A stretch of DNA of 64,000 nt from Candidatus Helarchaeota archaeon (GTDB lineage Archaea; Asgardarchaeota; Lokiarchaeia; Helarchaeales; RDOG01). This document shows, piece after piece, positions 30,614 to 41,305 of the stretch (within the stretch, counting starts at the first letter, position 1; each line of letters starts with the position of its first letter). A program made the position numbers and the translations under genes. The notes below the pieces were generated by a model. It ran no database searches. It saw only the letters and a program-made list of their open reading frames with translations, and was not told the origin of the DNA. The DNA lies in the NCBI GenBank assembly GCA_019058315.1, contig JAHPZH010000009.1, positions 128,001 through 192,000 on the forward strand, read 5' to 3'.

Positions 30614-31765
30614 TTACTGAATTAATTCATATACCGTAGATCTTTGGACGGGAACTCTACCGATATCTAAAATTATTTTTTTAATTCTATCAGGACTTAT
30701 ATATTCCCCATATGTTGCACCTGCACTTTTTGAGATATTTTCTTCCATTAATGTTCCCCCAAAGTCGTTTGCACCTATAATCAAGGCATATTGGGCAAAC
30801 TTCTCCCCCAATTTTACCCAAGAGACTTGGATATTATCAAAATTATGTAAAAATAAACGACTCACTGCATACATTCTCACATCTTCTATTCCAGTAGCTT
30901 CACTAAAATTAATATTATTTAATGCCATTATGTTTTGAAAAAGCGTTGTATTCCAGGGAATAAACGTAAGGGGAACAAATTCTGTAAATCCAGATGTTTC
31001 ATTTTGAATTTGCCTAAGTATTTCTAAATGTTTTACTCGTTGCTCTAGAGTTTCTATATGACCATATAAAATAGTACATGTTGTTGGGATTTTCAATTGA
31101 TGTGCAGTTTTTATAATTTCAATCCAAGTATTAACATCAACTTTATTGGGACAAATTATCTTTCTAATTTCATTATCAAGAATTTCGCTCGCTGTTCCTG
31201 GGATGCTATCCAATCCAGCATCTCTTAAGAGACATAAGGTATCTTTTATAGATAAGCCGATTTTCGTGCCGCCATCGTAAATCTCTTGCGGTGAAAATCC
31301 ATGAATATGAATCTCTGGAAGTTCTTTTTTAATACTTTTAATTATTTTTTCATAATAGTATGCATCCACAGACGGATTAATACCCCCTTGAATACAAAGT
31401 TCTGTCGCTCCCATTTTCCAAGCTTCTTTGGCCCTCTTTAAAATTTCGTTTATAGTCAAATTATAAGCTTCTGGATCCTCCTTATTCTTAGAAAAAGCAC
31501 AAAATTTACATTTCTTAATACATATATTCGTAAAATTAATGTTCCTATTTATTACATATGTAACAATATCGCCTACTTTAGTCTTTCTAATATAATCTGC
31601 TGTTAAAGTTAAAGCACTCAATTCTAAATTTCTAACATTCATTAATTGTATGGCATCTTCCCGCGAAAGTTCTTTGTTTGATAGACTCTTCTCTAGAATT
31701 TCTGCTATCCGGGGGTCTAAGCCTGATAGCAATTGTTCAATTTTTTTTAATTGAATCTGTGTCAA
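30614..31765 (-). CDS. cofH: FO synthase subunit 2 (radical SAM)
   Basis: NRNINFTNICIKKCKFCAF, IQGG, PGTASEIL, IQVSWVKLG, NDFGGTLMEENIS. Confidence 0.95.
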   Translation of the reverse strand: MTQIQLKKIEQLLSGLDPRIAEILEKSLSNKELSREDAIQLMNVRNLELSALTLTADYIRKTKVGDIVTYVINRNINFTNICIKKCKFCAFSKNKEDPEAYNLTINEILKRAKEAWKMGATELCIQGGINPSVDAYYYEKIIKSIKKELPEIHIHGFSPQEIYDGGTKIGLSIKDTLCLLRDAGLDSIPGTASEILDNEIRKIICPNKVDVNTWIEIIKTAHQLKIPTTCTILYGHIETLEQRVKHLEILRQIQNETSGFTEFVPLTFIPWNTTLFQNIMALNNINFSEATGIEDVRMYAVSRLFLHNFDNIQVSWVKLGEKFAQYALIIGANDFGGTLMEENISKSAGATYGEYISPDRIKKIILDIGRVPVQRSTVYELIQ

Positions 31766-31778
31766 AGTGAATCATTTT

Positions 31779-32942
31779 TTATTCTTTTAAGTAACCTTCT
31801 TCATCAACAACAGATAAAATCTTTTCTTTAAGAAATTTTGGCAGAAATTTATCATTTATAAAAGATGGATAAATTGGTAATCTTTCTTTTAATTTAAAAT
31901 AAAAATTTTCTGTAATCCGACTGAGTTCGGATATTTTTGGCCAACTCATCTCAGGATTAATAAAATCGTGAGTAACTGGAGAAATTCCACCCCAATCATT
32001 AATCCCTGATAGAAGTAAATCGGATAAATTTTTCAGATTTAAATTGGGTGGAGCTTGAAGATTTATATTTTCTCTAAAAATCAATCTAGCTATAACAATT
32101 GTTTTTAAAACTGTTAAAAAATCTGGTGCGGGATGAGATCCCATGGGAGTATTTTCTTGAGGAACGAAATTTTGAATTATTATTTCTTGAATATGACCAT
32201 ACTTTTCATGTAACTTCTTTATAATTAATAGCGAATCGATTCGTTCTTCAACAGTTTCTCCAATTCCTACTAAAATACCAGTTGTAAAAGGAATTTTTAA
32301 TTTCCCCGCAAGCTCCATAGTGTTTATTCTCAACTTTGGAACCTTCCCAGGACTAAATTCATGAGGACCTCCCTTATCACAAAGTCTATGACTGATATTT
32401 TCTAACATTAGGCCAATACTCGCGTTTACATCTTTTAAAAGTTCTAATTCTTCTTTTTCTAAAATTCCTGGATTACTATGAGGAAATAGACCGATTTTTC
32501 CAACTTCTTCGCATAAGTCTCGAAGATATTCAATTATACTAGAATATCCCCATTTTTTTAATAATTTTCTAATTTTATCGTATTTGGTTTCTGGTTTCTC
32601 TCCAAATGTAAAAAGAACTTCTTTACAATTATATTTTAGCCCTTTCTTTACAATTTCTATAACTTTGTCCTTCTCTAAAATATAAGATGAATTATCATTA
32701 GGAGATCTCCGAAATCCACAATAAAGACAATTATTTCTACATAGATTTGTAAGTGGGATGAAAATATTTTTTGAGAAACTTATAATACCTTCTAACTGAT
32801 TAAATACTATATTTGTAGATAAATACATGAAATATAATAAACTTGATTTATCAAGAGAATATATAGTGAGAGCATCCTCTTTATTTATAGCTTCTCCTTT
32901 TATTATTTTAAATAAAAGTTCCATATTTTCTGTATTTAACAT
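31779..32942 (-). CDS. cofG: FO synthase subunit 1 (radical SAM)
   Basis: SKNIFIPLTNLCRNNCLYC, PHSNPG, FTTGILVGIGE, QAPPNL, DWGGISP. Confidence 0.95.
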   Translation of the reverse strand: MLNTENMELLFKIIKGEAINKEDALTIYSLDKSSLLYFMYLSTNIVFNQLEGIISFSKNIFIPLTNLCRNNCLYCGFRRSPNDNSSYILEKDKVIEIVKKGLKYNCKEVLFTFGEKPETKYDKIRKLLKKWGYSSIIEYLRDLCEEVGKIGLFPHSNPGILEKEELELLKDVNASIGLMLENISHRLCDKGGPHEFSPGKVPKLRINTMELAGKLKIPFTTGILVGIGETVEERIDSLLIIKKLHEKYGHIQEIIIQNFVPQENTPMGSHPAPDFLTVLKTIVIARLIFRENINLQAPPNLNLKNLSDLLLSGINDWGGISPVTHDFINPEMSWPKISELSRITENFYFKLKERLPIYPSFINDKFLPKFLKEKILSVVDEEGYLKE

Positions 32943-33066
32943 TTTAAACTCTTGATTTTGTCTTATTTATATTTAAATTTTTATATCAATTTTAATTGAT
33001 TTTTAAGTCATATAAGTTAGAATTAAATAATAGCTACAAATAAATTAAGGGTAATAATTTCTAGGG

Positions 33067-33258
33067 TTGATTCAATTTAAAAAATCAAACAAAATCTTAT
33101 TAATAACTCTAATTATTTATTCTGGATTCATGATTACCGTAATAATCTTAAATATAAATGAAATAACTCCAGAAATTATTGCATTGATTATTTTAGGTGC
33201 TTTTGTTTTAATTATTTTAATAAAAAGTATTGAGAGTTTCTTTAAATTAATGGAATGA
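33067..33258 (+). CDS. Small 2-TM membrane protein
   Basis: Two hydrophobic segments; fills an intergenic gap. Confidence 0.45.
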   Translation: MIQFKKSNKILLITLIIYSGFMITVIILNINEITPEIIALIILGAFVLIILIKSIESFFKLME

Positions 33259-33279
33259 ATTAATTCGAGTATTCGTTAA

Positions 33280-34107
33280 TCAATATCCTGGCGGATACCA
33301 TCCGATTCTTAAGTTTTGATTAAGTGCATCAAGAGTTTTCATATCTTCAGGAGAAATTGAAAAATCAAATATATTTGCATTTTGTTTTATTCGTTCAGGA
33401 TTTGAAGATTTAGGAATAGGCACTACTTGGTGTTGAATACACCATCTTATAAGTATTTGAGCAACAGATTTTGAGTATTTATTTGCAATCTTTATTAAAT
33501 TTTTATCGTTTAATTTCTTAGCTTGTGTTAAAGGACTATATGCTTCTAATTGTATGCCGTTTTGACGACAAAAGTCTAATAAATTTTCTTGATAGAGAAA
33601 AGGATGAAATTCAACTTGATTAAGAGTTGGGGGTATTGAGGATTTTTCTAGAAATTCCTTTAAATGGTTAATCTTAAAATTACTCACTCCAATTGCTCTA
33701 CATTTCCCTTCTATATATAATTTTTCAAATGCTTTCCAAGTTTCTAATAATTGACTCCCAACAGGCCAGTGTATTAATAATAAATCTACATATTCCATAT
33801 CTAAATCTTTTAGACTCTTTTTAAAAGATTTAATAGCTGCATCATACCCAAAATCAGAGAACCATACTTTTGTAGTTATGAATATTTCTTCACGTGAGAT
33901 TCCACTCTTTTTTACTGCTCTTCCTACTTCAGCCTCATTTCCATACATTCTAGCTGTATCAATGAGTCTATAACCTACATCTAAAGCACGAAGAACGGCA
34001 TCTTCTATCATATTGATTTTGATAGCTTGATATGTTCCAAGTCCTATAATAGGAATTTTTACTCCATTGCTGAGGGTGTAGGTGTTTTTAATTGTGATAT
34101 CTGGCAT
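33280..34107 (-). CDS. Aldo/keto reductase (2,5-DKG reductase-like)
   Basis: IGLGTY, IDTA..YGNE, LLIHWP, IGVSNF, IPKS. Confidence 0.95.
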   Translation of the reverse strand: MPDITIKNTYTLSNGVKIPIIGLGTYQAIKINMIEDAVLRALDVGYRLIDTARMYGNEAEVGRAVKKSGISREEIFITTKVWFSDFGYDAAIKSFKKSLKDLDMEYVDLLLIHWPVGSQLLETWKAFEKLYIEGKCRAIGVSNFKINHLKEFLEKSSIPPTLNQVEFHPFLYQENLLDFCRQNGIQLEAYSPLTQAKKLNDKNLIKIANKYSKSVAQILIRWCIQHQVVPIPKSSNPERIKQNANIFDFSISPEDMKTLDALNQNLRIGWYPPGY

Positions 34108-34181
34108 TAGATCACCTATCGATATTTTATATATGGATGATCTTTTCTAATATTTAATCGATATGGTTTATGGGTGTATAA

Positions 34182-35114
34182 ATGGACTATACTATACTTG
34201 GACGCACAGGATTGAAAGTAAGCGTTATGGGTTTGGGATGCGGTGGCCCAAGTCGTATAGGAAAAGGAACTGGAAGGAGCAAGGAAGAATCTATTGCATT
34301 AATTCGACAAGCTATAGACTATGGCATCAATTTCATAGATACATCGGAAATTTACGGGACCGAAAAAATCATAGGTATTGCTATAGAAGGTATGGACCGT
34401 GAGTCTTTGATCATATCAACTAAAAAACAGACTATGGATAGAATCACTCCAGAAAAAGTTCAAAAAAGTCTTGAAAAAAGTTTGAAGAAGCTTGGTACTG
34501 ATTACATTGATATTTATCATCTTCATGCAGTGAGACTGAAAGATTATGATTATCTTGCTACAAAAATTGTTCCCACTCTTCAGGAACTCCAAAAAGAAGG
34601 TAAAATACGTTATATTGGAATAACTGAACAATTTATTTCGGATACAGGGCATAAAATGCTACAAAGGGCATTAAAAGATGATTTCTGGGATGTGATGATG
34701 GTCGGTTTTAACATGCTCAATCAATCTGCACGTGATCGGGTCTTTCCAAAAACAATAGAGAAAAATATTGGTGTATTGATCATGTTCGCTGTGCGTCTCG
34801 CACTTAGTAGACCTAATTATCTTAAGCAAGTTATTGGACAATTAATAGAAAAAAAGCTAGTAAATGTGTCCAATATTAATGAAAAAAACTTATTAGATTT
34901 TCTTATTCATAAGGATGGAGCGGAGAATATAATAGACGCTGCATATCGATTTTGCCGCTATGAACCGGGAACTCATGTTATTCTTTCAGGAACTGGGAAC
35001 GCAGAACATTTAAAATCAAATATTAAATCTTTTTCTAGACCACCACTTCCACAAGAGGATTTAATAAGACTTAAAAATATATTTAAAAATGTTGATTCGA
35101 TTTCAGGGCATTAA
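34182..35114 (+). CDS. Aldo/keto reductase
   Basis: LGRTGLKVS.MGLG, GINFIDT, TDYIDIYHLH, EGKIRYIG. Confidence 0.93.
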   Translation: MDYTILGRTGLKVSVMGLGCGGPSRIGKGTGRSKEESIALIRQAIDYGINFIDTSEIYGTEKIIGIAIEGMDRESLIISTKKQTMDRITPEKVQKSLEKSLKKLGTDYIDIYHLHAVRLKDYDYLATKIVPTLQELQKEGKIRYIGITEQFISDTGHKMLQRALKDDFWDVMMVGFNMLNQSARDRVFPKTIEKNIGVLIMFAVRLALSRPNYLKQVIGQLIEKKLVNVSNINEKNLLDFLIHKDGAENIIDAAYRFCRYEPGTHVILSGTGNAEHLKSNIKSFSRPPLPQEDLIRLKNIFKNVDSISGH

Positions 35115-35150
35115 TTTTTTACAGAATTTAATAATTAGGAGGTATTTAAA

Positions 35151-35306
35151 ATAGATGATGAAGTTATTGGGCTATGCCCATCATGCGATGCTGTATTAAT
35201 TGCTGAAGATATTAAGGATATTACTTTTAGAGGAATTTCCCGTAGACATTCTGCCTATATCTGTCTAAAATGCAATCATATCATAGGATTTTCGAGTAGA
35301 GCATAA
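35151..35306 (+). CDS. Zn-finger microprotein (51 aa), apparent ATA start
   Basis: AGGAGGT, 7 nt, ATA; (M)DDEVIGLCPSCDA...AYICLKCNHIIGFSSRA; paralog at 60042. Confidence 0.78.
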   Translation: MDDEVIGLCPSCDAVLIAEDIKDITFRGISRRHSAYICLKCNHIIGFSSRA

Positions 35307-35330
35307 TAACATAAATATGATTTCAGATTA

Positions 35331-35531
35331 TTATTTATAACCTGCAAAATGTTCAAAATTTTCCAACCGTACTAATATTATATCATCTTCTATATGAAAG
35401 ATGCAACGATTATCACTTCTTTCACAACCAAAGATATTTTCAAGGAGCTGTCCAAATCTTAGATCTGGATATTTCTTCCATATTCTACTTATCTCTTTTA
35501 ATATTTTGTCAATTCTTTCTGGATCTCTCAT
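35331..35531 (-). CDS. Small DUF1040/YihD-like protein
   Basis: MRDPERIDKIL..I..IWKKYPDLRFGQLL. Confidence 0.7.
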   Translation of the reverse strand: MRDPERIDKILKEISRIWKKYPDLRFGQLLENIFGCERSDNRCIFHIEDDIILVRLENFEHFAGYK

Positions 35532-35605
35532 TTTTAACACTAAAGTTGTTATTAAGCATATCTGTTTGTTAATTTCATATAAAAAAGAAAATTGAATTTT
35601 TATGT

Positions 35606-36766
35606 TTATCCTCCAGCTATGATAGCTTGAAAAAGTTCTGCGAATGATATTTCTCCTTTCTCTTGTTGAATTGATTCAAGTGCCCTCGTAGGAACATCAC
35701 GAACTTTAACCATCGAGATTGCGTTTTCCGGGCAGTTTGCTGCACAAACACCACATCCAATGCACAAATTGAGGTTATAAATTAGTTCATCTTCCCCAGA
35801 TGGATGCGAAATTGCTTCCATAGGGCACATATCTACGCATTTCTCACATAAAATACATAACTCTGCATCACGCTTGGGTGCAAAATTACTCTGGCTAATG
35901 AATTTAAGTTCAAATTTAGTTTTGCTAGTTGGGAGAAGAGCACCACAATGACACTTACAACAGTTACAAATCGAAAAAACTTGATCTTTCGAAGCACCCA
36001 TAATGGTATGAACAAGCCCTGCCTCCTCAGTTTTTTTAATATAATCAATTGCTTCTTCTTTTGTTAATGGTCTTGCAAAACCTGCTTGGACCGCCATTTG
36101 GGCAACTATCCCAACAACAAAACACCCCATTTCAGCTGGAGCTACTTCACAAGGTTCGCCGCTCATTTCTCCTATCAATCGGCATGGACAAGTTAGTACA
36201 CCAAACATTTCATTCTTATCTATCATATCTTTAACTAACTCTTTAGAAATCACTTTTTGTTCAATGTCCATTGTTTCGTCAATCTTTATTAATCGCTCTT
36301 GTGCTTCATATGGAAGAAGTGGTGAGGTAAATCCAGATCTTTCTAGTATGCTTCTGGCTTCCTCTGTTTGTTGTGTCAATGACGATAAATTCTTAATTAA
36401 AAATCGGTAAAGAACTGCTGCTTTTTCCAGATTCTCTTTGGTATCAGTTTTTGCAATAAAATATCCTTCAAATACTCCTGGTAAGAGGGGAACCAATCCA
36501 TATTTAGTTCCAATTTTAGCAATAGTATGCCGTTTTACTAGGTTTTTTAAAATTGGTTTTATTTCTGTTTTCGGAATACCCGTTTTCTCAACTAATTCTT
36601 TTATAGAAATAACTTTTCCAGATTTTGGAAAATGAGAAAGAATCTTAATAGCTTCATCATTCCAAAAAACTTTCATTAAGTCAATGATTTTTTCGTGTTT
36701 TGGGGTACTAAATGCCCCTATTGACAGTTTTTGCCTTACATTTTCATATAAATCTGCTTCGGTCAT
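35606..36766 (-). CDS. 4Fe-4S binding protein with N-terminal HTH-like region
   Basis: CPCR, ICNCCKCHC, two CxxCxxCxxxCP ferredoxin motifs. Confidence 0.88.
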   Translation of the reverse strand: MTEADLYENVRQKLSIGAFSTPKHEKIIDLMKVFWNDEAIKILSHFPKSGKVISIKELVEKTGIPKTEIKPILKNLVKRHTIAKIGTKYGLVPLLPGVFEGYFIAKTDTKENLEKAAVLYRFLIKNLSSLTQQTEEARSILERSGFTSPLLPYEAQERLIKIDETMDIEQKVISKELVKDMIDKNEMFGVLTCPCRLIGEMSGEPCEVAPAEMGCFVVGIVAQMAVQAGFARPLTKEEAIDYIKKTEEAGLVHTIMGASKDQVFSICNCCKCHCGALLPTSKTKFELKFISQSNFAPKRDAELCILCEKCVDMCPMEAISHPSGEDELIYNLNLCIGCGVCAANCPENAISMVKVRDVPTRALESIQQEKGEISFAELFQAIIAGG

Positions 36767-36917
36767 TTTTAATAACTTCCCAATTAATCAAATAGTCAAT
36801 TTAGAAATAATTAATTATTATTAGATTAATTGGTGTTATAAAATAATCTTACTAAAAAAAAAATGATAATTGAAGATTATTGGAAAATAGAAACTAAAAT
36901 AAAGGGCGAAAGTTCTG

Positions 36918-38102
36918 ATGTTTTTCAATTCAAAATATGAAGATTTAAAAGAAATCGTTAAAAATAAAAAATTTCCACTAGTAATTTGTGATTTAAATGC
37001 ATTTAAGCAAAATTTGGAAAAAGTTGGAAATTATTTAAGAATAATGAATAAAAAGATGAGGGTTTGTACCAAATCATTAAGAGTTCCAGAATTAATTAAG
37101 TACGTGGAAGAGCAAAATTTTGTAAATGGAATTTTTGCTTATAATTCAGCAGAAGTCTTATTTTATGCTGAAAATTTTGAGATTAAGGATATTTTATTGG
37201 GTTATCCAACATATTCTAATGTTGATGTCGAAGAATTATGTAAAGCAGCTTCAATTCCTGGAAAAAATATTACCGTTATGGTGGATGATGTAATACACAT
37301 TAATTTACTAAATAAACTAGCAGAAAAAAACGAAGTTAAGTTCAAAATTTTAATTGAAGTTGATGTTTCAGATAATTTTTTAGGTAGGACCGTAGGTGTT
37401 TTAAGAAGTCCGTTAAGAAATGCAGATGAAGTTATTAAAGTTGCAAAAAAGGTTGAAGAGGCTAAAAATCTAGAATTTAGAGGTATAATGGGATATGAAG
37501 CACAAAACGCAAGTTTAGGTGATGATAAGATACTAATAAGGTGGGTTAAAAAAAGATCCAGAAAAAATGTAAATATTTGGCGACAAAATATCGTAGATGC
37601 TTTAAAAAACGCAGGTTTTCAATTAGAAGTTGTTGATGGTGGAGGTTCGGGTTGTTTCCAAGAGACAGCTGCAGAAGAAACTGTTACCGAAATTGGAATT
37701 GGATCATTACTATTCAAACCACATATTTTTGATTCCATTAGATCTTTAAATGAATTCATACCTTCCCTATTTTTCGCAATTCAAATTGTAAGAAAACCAA
37801 GAAAAAATGTAGCTACAGCATTTTCAGGAGGATATGTCAGTTCTGGAAGTGTTAGGGCTCTACCAAAACCAGTTATACCTAAAAATTTAACCACATCAAA
37901 AGATGAAGAATTTGGAGAGGTTCAAACACCTTTGATTTTTAACTCAAAAAAAATAAGTATAAATCTGGGAGATCCGATCTTTTGTAGATTCGGTAAAGCT
38001 GGAGAACCCCTAGAACATTTTAACGAAGTTCATATTTATAGTAATGGCGAAATAATTGATAAATATAAAACATATAGGGGTTTTGGTAAAAAATTTTATT
38101 AG
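36918..38102 (+). CDS. PLP-dependent alanine racemase-like / DSD1-family enzyme
   Basis: RVCTKSLR, GIMGYEAQ, GGGSG, EIGIGS, GEVQTPL, TYRG.G. Confidence 0.85.
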   Translation: MFFNSKYEDLKEIVKNKKFPLVICDLNAFKQNLEKVGNYLRIMNKKMRVCTKSLRVPELIKYVEEQNFVNGIFAYNSAEVLFYAENFEIKDILLGYPTYSNVDVEELCKAASIPGKNITVMVDDVIHINLLNKLAEKNEVKFKILIEVDVSDNFLGRTVGVLRSPLRNADEVIKVAKKVEEAKNLEFRGIMGYEAQNASLGDDKILIRWVKKRSRKNVNIWRQNIVDALKNAGFQLEVVDGGGSGCFQETAAEETVTEIGIGSLLFKPHIFDSIRSLNEFIPSLFFAIQIVRKPRKNVATAFSGGYVSSGSVRALPKPVIPKNLTTSKDEEFGEVQTPLIFNSKKISINLGDPIFCRFGKAGEPLEHFNEVHIYSNGEIIDKYKTYRGFGKKFY

Positions 38103-38833
38103 AAAAGAGGGGCAGGTCTTAATAATAGTGGGAGAATTACTACAAGCATCATAGGAAAAATACTTAGAAAATTAGCACATGAATGATAGAAGCTTTGTGG
38201 AATTAATCTCCCAGAGCGATGCAGAACCCACATCCAAATAAAACCACTACTCCATGTCATTAACAATATACCACTCCATGCAAAAAACCAAAATTCATTC
38301 CATGGAAATAAATGAATTACAAATGCTGTATGCCAAAATGCGAATGAAATGGGTGCAAAGGCGAGACGTCCTTTTTGTGATACACCAGCATTAATTCCAA
38401 CATCTTCCATGCAAGCTCTCCAATAAATTTCTTCTGAAGGTCCATTGATTACTGATGCGATTATAATAAGTATATACATCCCAAATGAGAGGTGACCTGC
38501 ATAGTTTATGATAAATAATGGTATAGAATAGATTAAAGGTCCATAAACTAGTAAATATTGTAACCAAAGATAATCACCTTTTAGTTTTAATGTGAGTTTA
38601 AAACGTTCTTCTTTAAAGACTCCTCCACGTTTAAATCTATAAAAAAGTGTGAAAATCCAAATAGTAACCCAATAAATTAATAAAACTGGAACCCATCTTA
38701 AGTCTATAGAGACTAAAGGGTAAAATAAGTAAGAACTAAAGGTCACAATAACAGGAATGAGAAACGGTACAAGCCAAAAATATACTTTTGAAAAAGTATC
38801 ATTACTTTCAGATTTTTGTTCCATTAAAATCAC
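38099..38833 (-). CDS. CPBP (CAAX/Abi) intramembrane metalloprotease
   Basis: EEIYWRA, FAFWH, YHSCAN motifs, multiple TMs. Confidence 0.85.
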   Translation of the reverse strand: MILMEQKSESNDTFSKVYFWLVPFLIPVIVTFSSYLFYPLVSIDLRWVPVLLIYWVTIWIFTLFYRFKRGGVFKEERFKLTLKLKGDYLWLQYLLVYGPLIYSIPLFIINYAGHLSFGMYILIIIASVINGPSEEIYWRACMEDVGINAGVSQKGRLAFAPISFAFWHTAFVIHLFPWNEFWFFAWSGILLMTWSSGFIWMWVLHRSGRLIPQSFYHSCANFLSIFPMMLVVILPLLLRPAPLF

Positions 38834-38900
38834 TCTTAATTTTATAAAATAATTGTCTCAAAAATGAAAAAAAAGATTTTGTTTTAATTAAAGATAAATT

Positions 38901-39812
38901 TTAATTTCCTTCAGCTTTTAAATTATCTTTTATTAAATTTAATAATATAAGTGCACTTTTTGCATCTTCATTTTCTGGGTCAATTTCTAGAGATTTTTTT
39001 ACAAATTCAATCCCTTTCACAGGTTCTTCAAGTTTTCCATACATCATCCCTAATGAATACAAAGCAGTGCTATTATTAGGATCTAATTCAACTACTTTTT
39101 TAAAACTCTTTATTGCTTTTTCATAACGACTTAAATTACTGTAACAAGACCCCAATTCAAACCAAACACTGCTATCATTTGCATCAATTTTTTCAACAAC
39201 GGTATTAAAACATTTAATTGCATCCTTATTAAATCCTAATTCAATTTTAGCTTCTCCTAAATTAATCCATGCTTGTTTGTATCGAGGTTCTAATTTAATA
39301 GCTTGTTTAAAACATTCAATAGCTTTTTCATAATTCATTAAATTAAGATAAACAATTCCCATCCCATTCCATGCTTTGTAAAATTTTTTATCAATTTGTA
39401 GAGCTCTATCAAAACAATCAAGAGCTTCTTTATATTTTTCTAGAGAGATGTATGTAAGCCCTAAATCAGTAAAGTGGAGCGGATTTGCCCTATTAATCGC
39501 TATTTTGAAATGTTTTACAGCATTTTTATAATCCTTTAATCCTCTATATGCCCATCCTACACTATGTTGAGCTGCATAATTATTGGGATCTATCTCAATT
39601 GCTTTTTTACAATGCTTAAGTGCGAATTCATAATCTCCGGTTAATTGAGCGGTATACCATCCTAAATTATTTAAAGCCATGCTATAATTAGGGCTGAGTT
39701 CAAGAGCTTTTTTGAAACATTCAATTCCCTTTTCTAGCTCGCCAGATTCGGCTAAGTTATAACCTTCACTCAGCCAATCTGCAGCTGTTTTTTGTTTTTT
39801 TTTCTGTGACAT
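38901..39812 (-). CDS. TPR repeat protein
   Basis: About 8 TPR units (AW..LG..Y...YEKAI.CF.KA..LDP). Confidence 0.93.
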   Translation of the reverse strand: MSQKKKQKTAADWLSEGYNLAESGELEKGIECFKKALELSPNYSMALNNLGWYTAQLTGDYEFALKHCKKAIEIDPNNYAAQHSVGWAYRGLKDYKNAVKHFKIAINRANPLHFTDLGLTYISLEKYKEALDCFDRALQIDKKFYKAWNGMGIVYLNLMNYEKAIECFKQAIKLEPRYKQAWINLGEAKIELGFNKDAIKCFNTVVEKIDANDSSVWFELGSCYSNLSRYEKAIKSFKKVVELDPNNSTALYSLGMMYGKLEEPVKGIEFVKKSLEIDPENEDAKSALILLNLIKDNLKAEGN

Positions 39813-40075
39813 TTACCTCATACCAAGTTTTTGGAAAAAATAATTTTCAGACACAAAGTTATAATTGTTAAGATATAATCTTTTATATTTTCTCGGGACT
39901 CATCTAAGTACAATATTGGTCCCAATTCATTTTTCATAAAGTATAATAAGAAAGAAATAATTAAACTCATTAAAAACCAAAAACTTTCAAATATTAAGTT
40001 AAGATTTCTTTAATTATTAGATGAAGAAATAAAAGAATTAATGAAATATTCTTAAAATTTAAATAATAAGATAAG

Positions 40076-41149
40076 TTGCTGGGATGGAAAATGGTAGAAT
40101 TTTGGAAGATTATTGGCTTTGGTTTGACTCATGTTTTTTCTACTTGTGCCTTTTTTCTATTTCTATATTTTATTAATAAATCTTTAAAGGTGAGAAAAGT
40201 AAAACGTGAAATTTTACCATTTATTGGATTAGCAATTATCTTTCTATTCATTAGTATCGGTTTTATAATATTTAGTTGGCTCGATTACATTTGGTGGACA
40301 TCTGGTCTACTAACTAACCCTTTAACAGATTTAGAAACCTTAACAGGTTTATTTATTATTGGAAGTTTTATAGTTTTAACTTATATTCTCGAATATGTGT
40401 TTAAAAAGACAAAGTATTTTTTTACTTTATATATGATAATTGGTATAATTGTATTATATTTCATTGAAATCTCTGCTCTTTTTTTACTTTTTTATCTAGC
40501 TCCATTTCCTTTTTTTATTCTTTTTGCGTGGTATTACGTTTTTATTCGTCCAACTTCTGGTTTTTTAAGGAAAAGAATGATAATTGCTTCGCTTGGATTT
40601 ATTTCGATCGTTGTTGGATTTTTACTTAGATTTAATTTTATGAGTCAATTTTTAGGAAGTTACATTTATACTGTAGGAACAATGGTTGCGATCATGGGAG
40701 TTACATTGATTGGCTATGGTTTTAGCGCATTTTCCACATTTAGCGACATCAGATGGAAAGAAAAGTTGCGCGAAATATTAGTAATTACTAAAGGTGGTAT
40801 TTGTATTTATTCATATTCATTTGAACAAAAGAGTCCTTTAGATGATACTGATTTAATTGCAGGAGGTTTCTCTGGTATTCAAGGAATGCTCTCTGAAATA
40901 GTTAGGACAAGTGAAAGTTTACAACTTATTGATTATAAAAATGTTAAAATAATGCTTGAACAAAGAGAAAATGTTATATTTATTCTTATTCTTAAGGAAG
41001 AGAGCACCTTCATTCAATATAAGCTAAAACTTTTCTCTGAAGAATTCCAAGATTTATTTAAAGAGGTATTACAAACGTGGTCGGGTGATGTAGTTATCTT
41101 TCAGCCCACTAGAGCTGTAATTGAGCGGATTTTTGAGGTTGATATCTAA
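40076..41149 (+). CDS. Multi-TM protein with C-terminal longin/roadblock-like domain
   Basis: About 7 TM followed by WKEKLREILVI..GGICIY.YSF...LIAGGFSGIQ.ML; paralog of 49269..50318. Confidence 0.75.
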   Translation: MLGWKMVEFWKIIGFGLTHVFSTCAFFLFLYFINKSLKVRKVKREILPFIGLAIIFLFISIGFIIFSWLDYIWWTSGLLTNPLTDLETLTGLFIIGSFIVLTYILEYVFKKTKYFFTLYMIIGIIVLYFIEISALFLLFYLAPFPFFILFAWYYVFIRPTSGFLRKRMIIASLGFISIVVGFLLRFNFMSQFLGSYIYTVGTMVAIMGVTLIGYGFSAFSTFSDIRWKEKLREILVITKGGICIYSYSFEQKSPLDDTDLIAGGFSGIQGMLSEIVRTSESLQLIDYKNVKIMLEQRENVIFILILKEESTFIQYKLKLFSEEFQDLFKEVLQTWSGDVVIFQPTRAVIERIFEVDI

Positions 41150-41305
41150 AATTGGATAAAAAACAGAACTTAGTATTTATTCTAAAAATTTTTGTTAAAA
41201 AGAATGCTATGTTCTCTAAATTAATTCATTTTGAATTTCTATTCCAAGTTCAGTGAAATAAGTGCTGTATCCTCCTACAATGGAGTCTATAGGTATGGGA
41301 TAAGA

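Noticed and set aside
30895-30945. Possible in-frame 39-nt BHB intron in cofH
   Set aside because: Central helix mismatched, inner stem weak, and removal appears to delete more than the apparent insertion.
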